The notes: a model not told the origin generated them from the letters alone. A stretch of 64,000 bases of DNA from Candidatus Dojkabacteria bacterium (GCA_016932045.1 JAFGDO010000012.1:4195-68194); one strand, 5' to 3'. Positions 19,069 through 28,483 are shown, counted from the stretch's first letter. Numbers and translations are program-made.

Positions 19069-20040
19069 ATGTATAATTTCCCAGTGAAAATCAAACTAAT
19101 TGAAGCAAAATCAGTACTTACTAAATCGCAACTACCAGGATGTGATTATGTTATTAACCCTTACACAGGCTGTACTTTCGGCTGCTCATATTGCTATGCC
19201 GATTTCACTAAAAGATTTACAGGACATTCGGGTGATGAATGGGGAGTTTACGTTGATGTGAAGGTTAATGCTGCAAATGTTTTGGAAAAGGAGTTGGAGC
19301 GGTTCAAACGAAAACGTTTGAACCAACATAAAGGTCTCATTGCGGATAATGGAACCAGCAGCAAGATAATCAAGATCTTGATTGGTTCAGTAACTGATCC
19401 GTATCAAGGTGTAGAAGCTAAGTATAAGATAACAAGAAAATGCTTACAAGTACTTGAGAAGAGTAGGTTCCCATTGGAAGTTAGTGTTCTAACGAAATCG
19501 CATCTTGTAACTAGAGATATAGATGTTTTAAAAAATATTAGAAATGTTTCTGTTGGCATGACAATTACAGCGACTGATGATACGGTAGCAAGAATTCTTG
19601 AGGGAAACGCGCCGCCTGCAAGGTTAAGGCTATCTGCGCTTAAAAAGCTTAATCAAGCAGGAATTGAAACTTATGTTTGTGTAAATCCACTTCTTCCTCA
19701 TTTTGTTGCAAACGAGAAAAAATTACGGAAGTTATTTGATGCTATTAAAAAAACTGGAAATAAAGAAGTGTGGTTGGAGCACATTAACGTTGGAGGAAAC
19801 AGATTAAAGCGGATAAAACAGATGATAGTTAATAAAGTTCCTGAAGCTGCTGAAGCTTTTGAACAGGCAAAGACTAGTAAGTATAAAGATGATTTAAACA
19901 GATTGCTTTTTAGGGTACTAAACGATTATAGTTTTAAAATAGGGGGCGGTGGAATAATTGATCACAAACGAAAGGCCATTATTACTAATAGCAATAAGAC
20001 ATTAAAAGTAAAAAAAGGGTGGAAGCTTGATAGAGTGTAG
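19069..20040 (+). CDS. radical SAM protein, SplB-like (spore photoproduct lyase / DNA-repair photolyase COG1533 family)
   Basis: NPYTGCTFGCSYCYA contains the CX3CX2C radical SAM motif in the N-terminal context characteristic of the SplB family. Confidence 0.65.
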   Translation: MYNFPVKIKLIEAKSVLTKSQLPGCDYVINPYTGCTFGCSYCYADFTKRFTGHSGDEWGVYVDVKVNAANVLEKELERFKRKRLNQHKGLIADNGTSSKIIKILIGSVTDPYQGVEAKYKITRKCLQVLEKSRFPLEVSVLTKSHLVTRDIDVLKNIRNVSVGMTITATDDTVARILEGNAPPARLRLSALKKLNQAGIETYVCVNPLLPHFVANEKKLRKLFDAIKKTGNKEVWLEHINVGGNRLKRIKQMIVNKVPEAAEAFEQAKTSKYKDDLNRLLFRVLNDYSFKIGGGGIIDHKRKAIITNSNKTLKVKKGWKLDRV

Positions 20041-20100
20041 GGCACATATGAGTCTCCAAGGGATGGTAAGGGCCCTTGTAATAGTCGTTTGATGGAACTG

Positions 20101-20364
20101 TTATTCCTTTACAAGATACACACCGTAGCCTTCTTTCACCTTTTGGTCCGCTTTCATCCCGAAATCATCTCCCTTTTTCGCCACCTTTATATCAGTTCCA
20201 TCAATTTGCATGGAGGTAACTGTCTGCTCAAAAAGCTCTTTTCCCTCCCTATCTGCAACTTTTATCTTATCATCTAACGCCAACTTCCCTTTTTCGAGCT
20301 TGATAACCGCTACCCCGATTTTGTCATAGTAATGTTCTACGACTCCAATCTTGTCACCTAACAT
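20101..20364 (-). CDS. small beta-barrel protein (EF-Tu domain-2-like), hypothetical
   Basis: 87-aa ORF rich in Gly, Lys and Val, with repeated GDKIGV/GDKIKV strand-like motifs. The + strand ORF 20089..20277 antisense to it was rejected. Confidence 0.45.
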   Translation of the reverse strand: MLGDKIGVVEHYYDKIGVAVIKLEKGKLALDDKIKVADREGKELFEQTVTSMQIDGTDIKVAKKGDDFGMKADQKVKEGYGVYLVKE

Positions 20365-20471
20365 TGATTGGTGGTGGTGATAAATTAGCTATTACATTAT
20401 TATAAAATAAAAAGAACGGATGTACAAATTTTTTTATTTAGCTATTTGATGGTCGGCATTTTTGTTGTAAT

Positions 20472-20534
20472 GGACGAAAGTTAAACTTTCGTTCCTGCGT
20501 AAATCCTGACTGGATGAAGGTTAAACCTTCATCC
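20472..20534. promoter_or_regulatory. two tandem ~23-nt palindromes with GTTAAAC centre in the cysK upstream region
   Basis: GGACGAAAGTTAAACTTTCGTTCC (20472-20495) and GGATGAAGGTTAAACCTTCATCC (20512-20534). Each is a perfect or near-perfect 10-bp-arm palindrome. Candidate dimeric-regulator operators or RNA hairpins. Confidence 0.3.
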
Positions 20535-20770
20535 ATAGAAACTATAGGAAACATGGGTAAACTTTGACTTTTTTATCCGAACTCTGATAATATCAACTCA
20601 TGCAGAAAATTTTCCTAAACAATAATTTCTTCTGTTGTTGCGAGCCAATAATCTAACTATTGGCTGATTTCTGCGTATCTTCCCAAAAATTCCCAGATAA
20701 ATAGAAACAAGCTAATAGTAATTAAATATCTAATATTTAACTATCTGAATATGTATACTCGATGTTGTAG

Positions 20771-20815
20771 CTCTGAAAGTTTATCTGTTAAGTATTTTAT
20801 TTTTCACTTTCAGAG
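20771..20815 (+). promoter_or_regulatory. 10-bp perfect inverted repeat (CTCTGAAAGT...ACTTTCAGAG) ending 3 nt before the cysK start codon
   Basis: The stem would sequester the RBS region of cysK; the loop is 25 nt. Confidence 0.3.
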
Positions 20816-20817
20816 TT

Positions 20818-21711
20818 ATGATCAAGAAAAATATACTAGAATTAATCGGAAAGACACCTATTATTCAGATTAAAAAATTGAATCCTCATGAAGAAGTTGA
20901 AATACTTGCAAAATTAGAGGGCTTAAATCCTTCGGGGAGCATAAAGGACAGAGTAGCGTTAAATATGATCGAAGAAGCTGAGAAGTCACGAGAGTTGACA
21001 AAAGATAAAGTAATACTTGAAGCTTCTTCGGGAAATACTGGAATAGCGATTGCAATGGCTGGGGCTTATAAGGATTATAAAGTAACTGTGATCATGCCTA
21101 GAAGCGTCAGCAAAGAAAGGAGGCAGATTCTAAAGGCATACGGTGCGGAAGTTATTCTTACAGATTCAAAAGATGGAACAGATGGAGCTATTAAAAAAGT
21201 TGAAGAGATGCTGCAAAAGAATCCTGCTAAGTATTACAATCCAAACCAATATTCAAATCCGAATAATCCATTTGTGCATTTTAAGACAACTGCTCATGAA
21301 ATCATTCGTGATACGAGGGGAAAGTTGGATTATATAGTAGTATCTCTTGGATCATCTGGTACTCTTATGGGGATTTCGAGATTCTTTAAAAAGAATTATC
21401 CATCTGTGAGGATTGTATCTGCTGAAGCAAGAGTTGGACACAGGATTCAAGGTTTGAAAAACATGGAAGAATCCTTGGTTCCAGAAATATTTGATACAGA
21501 AGATATTGATGAACGTGTGGAGGTGAAAGACGAAGATGCGTTTAGAGTGACTAAAAAATTGGCCAGAAAGGAAGGAATACTTGCTGGACTTAGTTCCGGT
21601 GCTGCAATGTGGGTTGCATTGCAACTTGCGAAAAGGATTAGGAGAGGAAGAATTTTAGTAATTCTTCCTGATCGAGGTGAAAGATACTTGAGTACTGGCG
21701 TGTTTGATTAA
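20818..21711 (+). CDS. cysK: cysteine synthase (O-acetylserine sulfhydrylase), PLP-dependent
   Basis: PLP-Lys motif SGSIKDR; glycine loop SSGNTGIA; 297 aa. Confidence 0.9.
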   Translation: MIKKNILELIGKTPIIQIKKLNPHEEVEILAKLEGLNPSGSIKDRVALNMIEEAEKSRELTKDKVILEASSGNTGIAIAMAGAYKDYKVTVIMPRSVSKERRQILKAYGAEVILTDSKDGTDGAIKKVEEMLQKNPAKYYNPNQYSNPNNPFVHFKTTAHEIIRDTRGKLDYIVVSLGSSGTLMGISRFFKKNYPSVRIVSAEARVGHRIQGLKNMEESLVPEIFDTEDIDERVEVKDEDAFRVTKKLARKEGILAGLSSGAAMWVALQLAKRIRRGRILVILPDRGERYLSTGVFD

Positions 21712-21748
21712 CTTTTTTATCTAATATATTATATTATTACTTACTATC

Positions 21749-23221
21749 ATGCTGAAACTCTATCATACTTACAAGAGAAAGTTAGTACCATTCAAGCCCA
21801 TAGAAAAGGGAAAGGTGAGGATGTACACCTGTGGTCCTACAGTTTATGACTATGTCACAATAGGAAATTTGAGGGGAGATATGTTCTACGACATACTTAG
21901 AAGGACACTTGAATATTTAGGATTTGAAGTAACACAAGTGATGAATATAACTGATGTGGGGCATCTGACTTTAACAGATCTTCAGAAAGAGGCTATGAAA
22001 GACAGGGATATTGAGATAACTGACACAGATGACGGACTGGATCGGATGGAAAAAGCTGCAAAACGTGAAGGGGTATCTGTGTGGGACGTAGCACAGAAGT
22101 ATATAGATGCAACATTTGGCAAGAATTATACAAAGGTCAAGCAGTATGAATTGGATGGTGATTTCGGAAAGATGAATTTTGAAAAGGCAGAATTCATCCC
22201 TCGAGCCACTGAAATGATTGATGAACAGATTGAACTTATAAAAAGACTTGAAGCTAAAGGTTATACTTACAAAACCAAGCAAGCAGTTTACTTTGATATA
22301 AGCAAGTTTCCTAAGTATGAAGAGCTGGTTGGGCAGAGTTTTGACGAGATGAGAAAGGGGGAGAGGGCAGATGTTTCTGATAAAGATAGAAAGCATCCAG
22401 CCGACTTTCGGCTTTGGCAGCTCGATCAACCAGAGCATGAGATGCAGTGGGATAGCCCATGGGGAAAAGGATTTCCTGGCTGGCATATAGAATGTAGTGC
22501 AATGAGTGCGAAGCTTTTGGAAATCCCTTTTGACATTCATACCGGAGGTGAAGATCACATAAAAGTTCACCATCCGTCTGAGATGGCACAGACCGAGTCA
22601 GCTTATGATAAGCCAATGGCAAATTATTGGCTTCATAATGCTTTTCTAACAGTCGAGGGAAAAAGAATCGGTAAAAGTCTTGGGAATGCGTATTTACTTT
22701 CAGATATTATAAAGAAGGGATTTGATCCTTTAGATTTAAGATACTTCTTTCTTCAGGCTCATTACAGAACTAAGCAGAGTTTTAGCTGGGAGAATTTTAA
22801 GAAGGCTAGGATAGGTCTAGGAAAGATTATTGATAAGGTAAAGGAATATAGTAAGAGTGGGAAAGGAGAGATTCTTGAAGATTATAAAAAGAAATTTGTA
22901 GAATCCATTGAGGATGATCTAAATACACCTAAAGCTTTAGCTGTTTTTTGGGATTTAATTCATTCTGATGAAGATAAGGGAAATAAATTAGCAACAATTC
23001 TTGATTTCGATAAAGTTCTAGGGTTACGTTTGGATACAATAAAGTCTGTAAAAATATCGGAAGCAAAGAAAGAAGAGATTGAGAAGCTGATTCAAGAAAG
23101 AGAGAAGGCAAGGAAGGAAAAAAGCTGGGATAAAGCAGATGAGATTAGAGAACGATTGGAAAGAGAATTCAATGTAGAAGTTGAAGATAAGGATGGGGGG
23201 ACAAGTTGGAGGGTGAAGTGA
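21749..23221 (+). CDS. cysS: cysteinyl-tRNA synthetase (class I); non-canonical TIGN in place of HIGH, and RIGKS in place of KMSKS
   Basis: MYTCGPTVYDYVTIGN (Zn-Cys plus HIGH-region); WHIECSAM; GKRIGKSLGN; C-terminal anticodon-binding helical domain. Confidence 0.9.
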   Translation: MLKLYHTYKRKLVPFKPIEKGKVRMYTCGPTVYDYVTIGNLRGDMFYDILRRTLEYLGFEVTQVMNITDVGHLTLTDLQKEAMKDRDIEITDTDDGLDRMEKAAKREGVSVWDVAQKYIDATFGKNYTKVKQYELDGDFGKMNFEKAEFIPRATEMIDEQIELIKRLEAKGYTYKTKQAVYFDISKFPKYEELVGQSFDEMRKGERADVSDKDRKHPADFRLWQLDQPEHEMQWDSPWGKGFPGWHIECSAMSAKLLEIPFDIHTGGEDHIKVHHPSEMAQTESAYDKPMANYWLHNAFLTVEGKRIGKSLGNAYLLSDIIKKGFDPLDLRYFFLQAHYRTKQSFSWENFKKARIGLGKIIDKVKEYSKSGKGEILEDYKKKFVESIEDDLNTPKALAVFWDLIHSDEDKGNKLATILDFDKVLGLRLDTIKSVKISEAKKEEIEKLIQEREKARKEKSWDKADEIRERLEREFNVEVEDKDGGTSWRVK

Positions 23222-23300
23222 GGTTTTGGCTCCATTATCAGTAAAGGAGCCAAAGGAGATAAATTATTGGTCTGGAATTTTGGATTTTATTTAAACACTG

Positions 23301-23843
23301 ATGGCATATGCAGGACCTGAACAAATAGAGAGTAATTTGCTAGATAAACCACGGGAATTAAAACGTGGTAAAGATCTTCCTTTCGGTAGAGATACTGTTG
23401 AGGGAACTCGTGGTGAGAGAGAAATATCTTCAGCTGCATTTGAAGTAAGACTCTCGAGGGAAAGAGATGATAAGGAAAAAATTACTATTAAAGCTGGGAC
23501 GAGAAATTTAGTAGTTGTTCAGGCTTTTAAAGAGTCAGGAGTTAAGGCCGATTTTGTCTTAATTCCAAGTGAAGTGCGATTAGGATATGAAGATTTGGTA
23601 GGAGAATCTGGTGAGGCAATTGCGATGCGAGATCTTGAACTGATAGTTGAAGCTGATGAGGGAGATGATCCATTTGCTTCTGTGAGGGTTATTGTAGCAC
23701 CTTATCAGGTCCAACCTTATGCAGTAAGGCAAGTTGTAAGTGAAGGGATAGAAAGTGGAACTAGGAATTTTAGAGGGGCTATTGGTTTCGGATTTGCGTT
23801 CGATAAAAGAGAGTGGCACTTGACTGAAGTAAGAAAATACTGA
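23301..23843 (+). CDS. hypothetical protein
   Basis: 180-aa ORF, moderately GC-enriched; a rho-independent terminator follows. Confidence 0.5.
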   Translation: MAYAGPEQIESNLLDKPRELKRGKDLPFGRDTVEGTRGEREISSAAFEVRLSRERDDKEKITIKAGTRNLVVVQAFKESGVKADFVLIPSEVRLGYEDLVGESGEAIAMRDLELIVEADEGDDPFASVRVIVAPYQVQPYAVRQVVSEGIESGTRNFRGAIGFGFAFDKREWHLTEVRKY

Positions 23844-23882
23844 TATAAATAGATAAGTGAACAGGGATGACCATAAACCACG

Positions 23883-23917
23883 CAGGGTTTATGGTGAAGT
23901 GAAAACCCTGTCTTTTT
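23883..23917 (+). terminator. rho-independent terminator (8-bp stem CAGGGTTT/AAACCCTG, 12-nt loop, followed by TCTTTTT)
   Basis: Hairpin followed by a T-run, about 40 nt downstream of the stop of the 23301..23843 gene. Confidence 0.55.
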
Positions 23918-24224
23918 AAGTAGTGACTTAAAAGTGAATACTTGTTAATGAGCCACGTAGAATCCCGCATAGCGGAATCACGTGGGAATGAAGGTGGCAC
24001 CACCTTTCCGCCTTTAGCGGGAAAAACTAAATTTGAATTTCCAATTACTTGGATTTTAGATTTCAAATTTAGAGTTTAAGTTATAAAGGTCCTTTGTCTA
24101 AGTTAGAAATTTTCTGATTTAGATGAAGGACTTTTTTTTATAAATATACTTTAAATTATTTCGGTTCAAAGACAGAGCTTTGAACCAACTCTTAAGATTA
24201 ATCTAAATTATTAATTATTAAAAA

Positions 24225-25526
24225 ATGGAAAGAACATTATCAATAGATTGTAAGAAAAAGAAAGGTGAAAGAGTACTTGTTAAGGGTTGGATGGATCAGC
24301 TTCGGCGATTAGGAAAGATCAATTTCTTAGTACTTCGAGATAGAGGTGGATATATTCAAGTAGTTGTCGAAGATCAGAAAGAATTAGATAAAGTTAAGCA
24401 GCTTCAGATTGGAACTGTTCTTTATATCGAAGCTCAAGTTCAAGAGGCAAAGCAAACAGATCTAGGAGTTGAGCTAGTAAATCCCGAAATTTCTGTTGTC
24501 TCATCTGTTGAGCATGTACCGCCAGTTGAATATAACAAGGATGACATTAATGCAAGTCTGCCAACTATTCTTGACTATCGACCTTTGACTATAAGGAATA
24601 AAAAGATCCAAGGAGTATTCAAAGTACAGGCCACAATTCTAAAGGCATTTAGGGAAAGTTTACGTTCACAGGATTTTATAGAATTCCGTAACCCTGTTTT
24701 GATAGGGTCAGCAAGTGAAAGCGGTGCTGACGTTTTTGAGGTTAAGTACTTTGATAGAAAAGCATACCTTTGTCAAAGTCCCCAACTTTACAAGCAGATC
24801 ATGATAGGGGGTTTTGAAAGAGCCTTTTGCATCACACCTGTATTCAGAGCGGAAAAACATCATACAAATAGACACTTAACTGAGCTTACCCATATGGATG
24901 GTGAAATTGCATTTGTGGAAGATTATCACAATGTACTAAAGGTTTGCGAGAAGGTAGCAAGGGACGTTATTTCTGCTGTCGAAAAGGAAAATAGTGCAGA
25001 ACTAAAGCTTTGGAATGTTAGCGTGCCGAAGTTACCCAAAGGACAAATTCCGGAAATTACGATAAAAGAAGCTTTAGAAATAATTGAAAAGAAAACAGGA
25101 AAGACATCAAAGAGAAAGCTTGATCTTGAGCCCGAAGATGAAAGAGAGATATGTGAATGGGCGCAGAAGGAGCATGGTTCAGATCTTTTATGGGTGACTC
25201 ATTTTTACAAGGATAAGAATTTTTATACTTGGAATGATCCTAATGATCCTGAAACGTCACTGAGTTATGACCTTCTCTGTAGAGGAATCGAATGGCTGTC
25301 AGGTACTGTAAGAATTGAGAAATACGAAAAGCTAGTAGCGAATATGAAAAAACAAGGTCTTTCGGAGAAAGATTATGACGGATATTTACAGGCATTTAAA
25401 TATGGCATGCCTCCTGAAGCTGGGTTTTCTTTTGGTCTTGAAAGAATGACAATGAAAATATTTAATTTTAAGAATATTAGGGAGGCCACATTATTCCCCA
25501 GGGACGTTGAGAGATTGGCGCCATAA
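24225..25526 (+). CDS. aspS: aspartyl-tRNA synthetase, archaeal/eukaryal type (class IIb; AsnRS not excluded)
   Basis: N-terminal OB-fold anticodon-binding domain; motif 2 FRAEKHHTNRHLTE; motif 3 GFSFGLERM; 433 aa, typical of the compact archaeal-type enzyme. Confidence 0.8.
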   Translation: MERTLSIDCKKKKGERVLVKGWMDQLRRLGKINFLVLRDRGGYIQVVVEDQKELDKVKQLQIGTVLYIEAQVQEAKQTDLGVELVNPEISVVSSVEHVPPVEYNKDDINASLPTILDYRPLTIRNKKIQGVFKVQATILKAFRESLRSQDFIEFRNPVLIGSASESGADVFEVKYFDRKAYLCQSPQLYKQIMIGGFERAFCITPVFRAEKHHTNRHLTELTHMDGEIAFVEDYHNVLKVCEKVARDVISAVEKENSAELKLWNVSVPKLPKGQIPEITIKEALEIIEKKTGKTSKRKLDLEPEDEREICEWAQKEHGSDLLWVTHFYKDKNFYTWNDPNDPETSLSYDLLCRGIEWLSGTVRIEKYEKLVANMKKQGLSEKDYDGYLQAFKYGMPPEAGFSFGLERMTMKIFNFKNIREATLFPRDVERLAP

Positions 25527-25767
25527 GAATATTGGTAGACAAATAACGAAGAAATTAAAAAGTTGTAATTTCATTATAATTTTCCATAGAATCCTTGAAT
25601 AATTGGATCCTTTTACTACGCTCAGTATAAATAGCGAACAGAGATTGGAGATTGGGAATTGATATGTTGCTAGATGGTCAAATGGCTGTACTTCTTACCT
25701 TGTCCCTTGTGCTTTTACGCTATGCTTTGTATACTTGGATACTAGTTTAAATAAGTGAAATATAATA

Positions 25768-27444
25768 ATGCAACCAGATCAAAATCAACCAGTTGACCCA
25801 CAAGATGCTCCTGTACAACTTGCTCAAAGCAGGATGCCGGCTCAAACGACTCCTACACAGGATCAAGGAGTAGAACAACAGCCCGACCAGGCGGGCGTTG
25901 CTTCGAGTGCTCAGACTATGCCATCTGTCACTTCACAACCGATGCCAGAGCAACAGCCAGTATCTCAAGTTCCTCAACAGCCAGATCCATCATTTCAACA
26001 AGATCAAGGAGGATTGCCAGTTATTGGTTCATCGCCTAAAGTAATGAATGAAGCTCCAGAGAGCATGAGAAGGCAGCAACCCTCAGCCTTTGTCCCTGGT
26101 GTGACTGAGAAAAAGCCAAGGAAAAGGAAATTTGTATGTGCCTGCATTCTGGGTATCTTTTTGTTTTTGATATTGGGTTTTGGAGGATTAGGTGCTTATG
26201 CGTACTTTACTGATGCAGAAATACCAGTTGTATCTGATGTCGTAAGAAAAATTGAAGAATTCTTTAGGAATCCACAAGAAGAAGCGAAAAAAGCTGCCGA
26301 ACAGGTTGCAGATACTTTCTTGGCAGCATTCTTGCCTGTTATTGCCCAAGAAGAGGGAGTTGCATCAGCGTTTGCGAAAAGTACTGTGTCTCAAGACTAC
26401 ATTAAACAGTTCATAGAGGAAAATCAGGATATCCAAAGTTTTCAGTATGACCTTTCAATGAATTTCGATTTTGAGAGTGGTGGTAATGAAAGTCTTGAGG
26501 ATATGGTGAGTAATATTGATGTTGAGATGGCTGGTGCTATAGATACAAAGGAAGAAGGGAATGAGAAGATTAAAACAGACTTCGATGCCAGCCTTGGGGA
26601 TGACAGTATGACTATGTCCGTTAAGGGCGAGATGAGGATGATCGGTAATGATTCATATGTTAAAATAGATGAATATCCGGTACTTTTTAGTACTTATATC
26701 GGTTCTATAGAGGGGCAGTGGATTGATCTTGCGACTACTGATGTCGAAGAAACGGCGGATTTGTTAGTAAGTGAAGAGACTGGAACTAGTAACATTACAG
26801 ATGAAGATGTTGATAACCTTATAGAATTTATGACAGATGAAACAGTGCTTAAAAATGCAGAAATTCTTCCGGATGAGGAGATAGGCGGAAATAAGTGTTA
26901 TTGTGTGAAAGTTTCTTGGAATCAGAACGAGCTGAAAGATGTCATTCGACGTTATTATGAGATTTATGACCAGGAATACGATGAAGAAGAAATAAATAAC
27001 GCAGTTGAAGGTCTAAATTCTATGGAAGTAGAGACCTGTGTTGGTAAGAAAAGCAATATGGTCCACCGTATTAAAGCTAAAATAGAAGGGGAAAGTGATG
27101 GAAATAAGATGGCAATGGAGGCGAACCTTAAGTTATGGGATTATGGTGGCACTATGAATATTACTGCTCCCGAAGGTGCTGTTACACTTGAGGAAGCAAT
27201 GGCGGATTCCCCGCTTATGACTGTATCGCAAGATGCCGAAGTTAAAGCTGAGATGCTAAATATCCAGATAGCTCTTGAAGAATATTATGTGAATAATATG
27301 AAGTATCCTGAGAGCCTAGCTGAAGCTGGAGTAGAAAAAACTACTTTTTATGAGGAAGAAGTGCATTATACAAAAGGAGAGACAGGCTATGAACTTTGGA
27401 TAGTGCTTCCAAGCGGTGAAAAGTATGATATAAGTAGTGAGTAA
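25768..27444 (+). CDS. membrane-anchored protein with P/Q-rich N-terminal region; member of a 3-copy paralogous family (with 41568..42446 and 55256..56119)
   Basis: About 110-aa P/Q-rich N-terminus; TM helix (FVCACILGIFLFLILGFGGLGAYAYF); the extracytoplasmic domain shares blocks with the two shorter paralogues. Confidence 0.6.
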   Translation: MQPDQNQPVDPQDAPVQLAQSRMPAQTTPTQDQGVEQQPDQAGVASSAQTMPSVTSQPMPEQQPVSQVPQQPDPSFQQDQGGLPVIGSSPKVMNEAPESMRRQQPSAFVPGVTEKKPRKRKFVCACILGIFLFLILGFGGLGAYAYFTDAEIPVVSDVVRKIEEFFRNPQEEAKKAAEQVADTFLAAFLPVIAQEEGVASAFAKSTVSQDYIKQFIEENQDIQSFQYDLSMNFDFESGGNESLEDMVSNIDVEMAGAIDTKEEGNEKIKTDFDASLGDDSMTMSVKGEMRMIGNDSYVKIDEYPVLFSTYIGSIEGQWIDLATTDVEETADLLVSEETGTSNITDEDVDNLIEFMTDETVLKNAEILPDEEIGGNKCYCVKVSWNQNELKDVIRRYYEIYDQEYDEEEINNAVEGLNSMEVETCVGKKSNMVHRIKAKIEGESDGNKMAMEANLKLWDYGGTMNITAPEGAVTLEEAMADSPLMTVSQDAEVKAEMLNIQIALEEYYVNNMKYPESLAEAGVEKTTFYEEEVHYTKGETGYELWIVLPSGEKYDISSE

Positions 27445-27537
27445 GTAGATATTGGCGAAGAAAGTTGTTAATGGATATACCCAAATAGTTACACATAGCT
27501 GCTTGACCCTGCGTGTCGGCAGACAGGCGTTTCAGTC

Positions 27538-27712
27538 GGAGATAGTTGGATTGTCGGATAGCTGGATAGTAACATTGTTGCATTGTTTGCTAGCCTCTGG
27601 AGTAGTTTCATTTCTAATTCTTCATCCTTTATTGAATCTTTGTGTCATTGAATAATTGCATAATTCAGGCATGGCTGGATATCTAGATAGTCAGATTGTT
27701 GTATGTTTGACG
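27538..27712. repeat. intergenic repeat element, copy B (homologous to 990..1200)
   Basis: Same conserved blocks as copy A (tcattgaataattgc, ggatatctagatagtcagat, gtatgtttgac). Confidence 0.5.
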
Positions 27713-27914
27713 CTAGATGTTCGATGAAGAATTAATTATTGATAATTTTCTTCATACTTTTAACTTTGTACCTTCTCTCTTTTATATTCTTCTTGATAAA
27801 AAATTTCAATCATACTTGCCAATTGTATTTAACTAGCGCCTATAAATTAGGAGTACTAAAAAAGAGTTACTTATAGGTCATACACTTGACATAGATAAGT
27901 TTATGGCTTACTAT

Positions 27915-27939
27915 GGTGATAGGTGGTGAAAAGTGGTGA
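27915..27939 (+). promoter_or_regulatory. three GGTGA direct repeats at exact 10-bp spacing (AAAGTGG-type MraZ-box-like) ~80 nt upstream of mraZ
   Basis: GGTGA at 27915, 27925 and 27935. MraZ proteins are known to autoregulate via helical-phased direct repeats upstream of mraZ. Confidence 0.45.
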
Positions 27940-28019
27940 TTAGTAGAAAAGCCTATAAAAAGAAATTCTTTTACTTTAAGTATTGAGAGTATTTAAACCA
28001 CTTGGAAACTAAATAAATT

Positions 28020-28454
28020 ATGTTGATAGGGGAATATTTTAATAAAGTCGGAGAAAAAAACAGAATTGCTCTTCCAAAAAAATTTAGAGATATACTTGGA
28101 CAGAAAGTTATAGCAACAAGAGGTTATGAAAACTGTGTAATTGTAGTAAACAGTGATCAGTGGAAACGATTACTTGAAGTGTTTGATGATAAACCTTTTA
28201 CGAAGAGTCCGGTAAGGGATACGAGACGATTCTTAATAGGAGGTGCAAGTGAGCTAAGTCTCGATAAACAAGGACGATTTGTCTTGCCGCAAAACTTAAA
28301 GGAATTTGCCGGAGTTGAAAAGGAGATAGTTTTTATAGGACTTGTTGACTGGGTTGAGATCTGGGACAAGGAAGCTTGGGAAAAGAGGATGGAAATGATC
28401 AAACCCAGTGCTGACAAGATTGCCGAGGAATTGCAGAAGAGCAGTGAAGAATGA
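28020..28454 (+). CDS. mraZ: transcriptional regulator MraZ
   Basis: Duplicated SpoVT/AbrB-like halves; conserved context upstream of rsmH; 144 aa. Confidence 0.9.
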   Translation: MLIGEYFNKVGEKNRIALPKKFRDILGQKVIATRGYENCVIVVNSDQWKRLLEVFDDKPFTKSPVRDTRRFLIGGASELSLDKQGRFVLPQNLKEFAGVEKEIVFIGLVDWVEIWDKEAWEKRMEMIKPSADKIAEELQKSSEE

Positions 28455-28483
28455 AAAATTAAGAATTAAGAATTAAGAATGAA

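Noticed and set aside
20089-20277. + strand ORF of 62 aa
   Set aside because: Entirely antisense to the better-supported minus-strand small protein gene 20101..20364; low-complexity hydrophobic translation.
21971-22622. Minus-strand ORFs (200 aa, 103 aa) inside cysS
   Set aside because: Antisense to a strongly supported aaRS gene; hydrophobic, low-complexity translations typical of shadow ORFs in AT-rich DNA.
28457-28480. (AATTAAG)x3.5 microsatellite between mraZ and rsmH
   Set aside because: Very short AT-rich tandem repeat adjacent to the rsmH start codon; likely incidental, or part of the ribosome-binding region.
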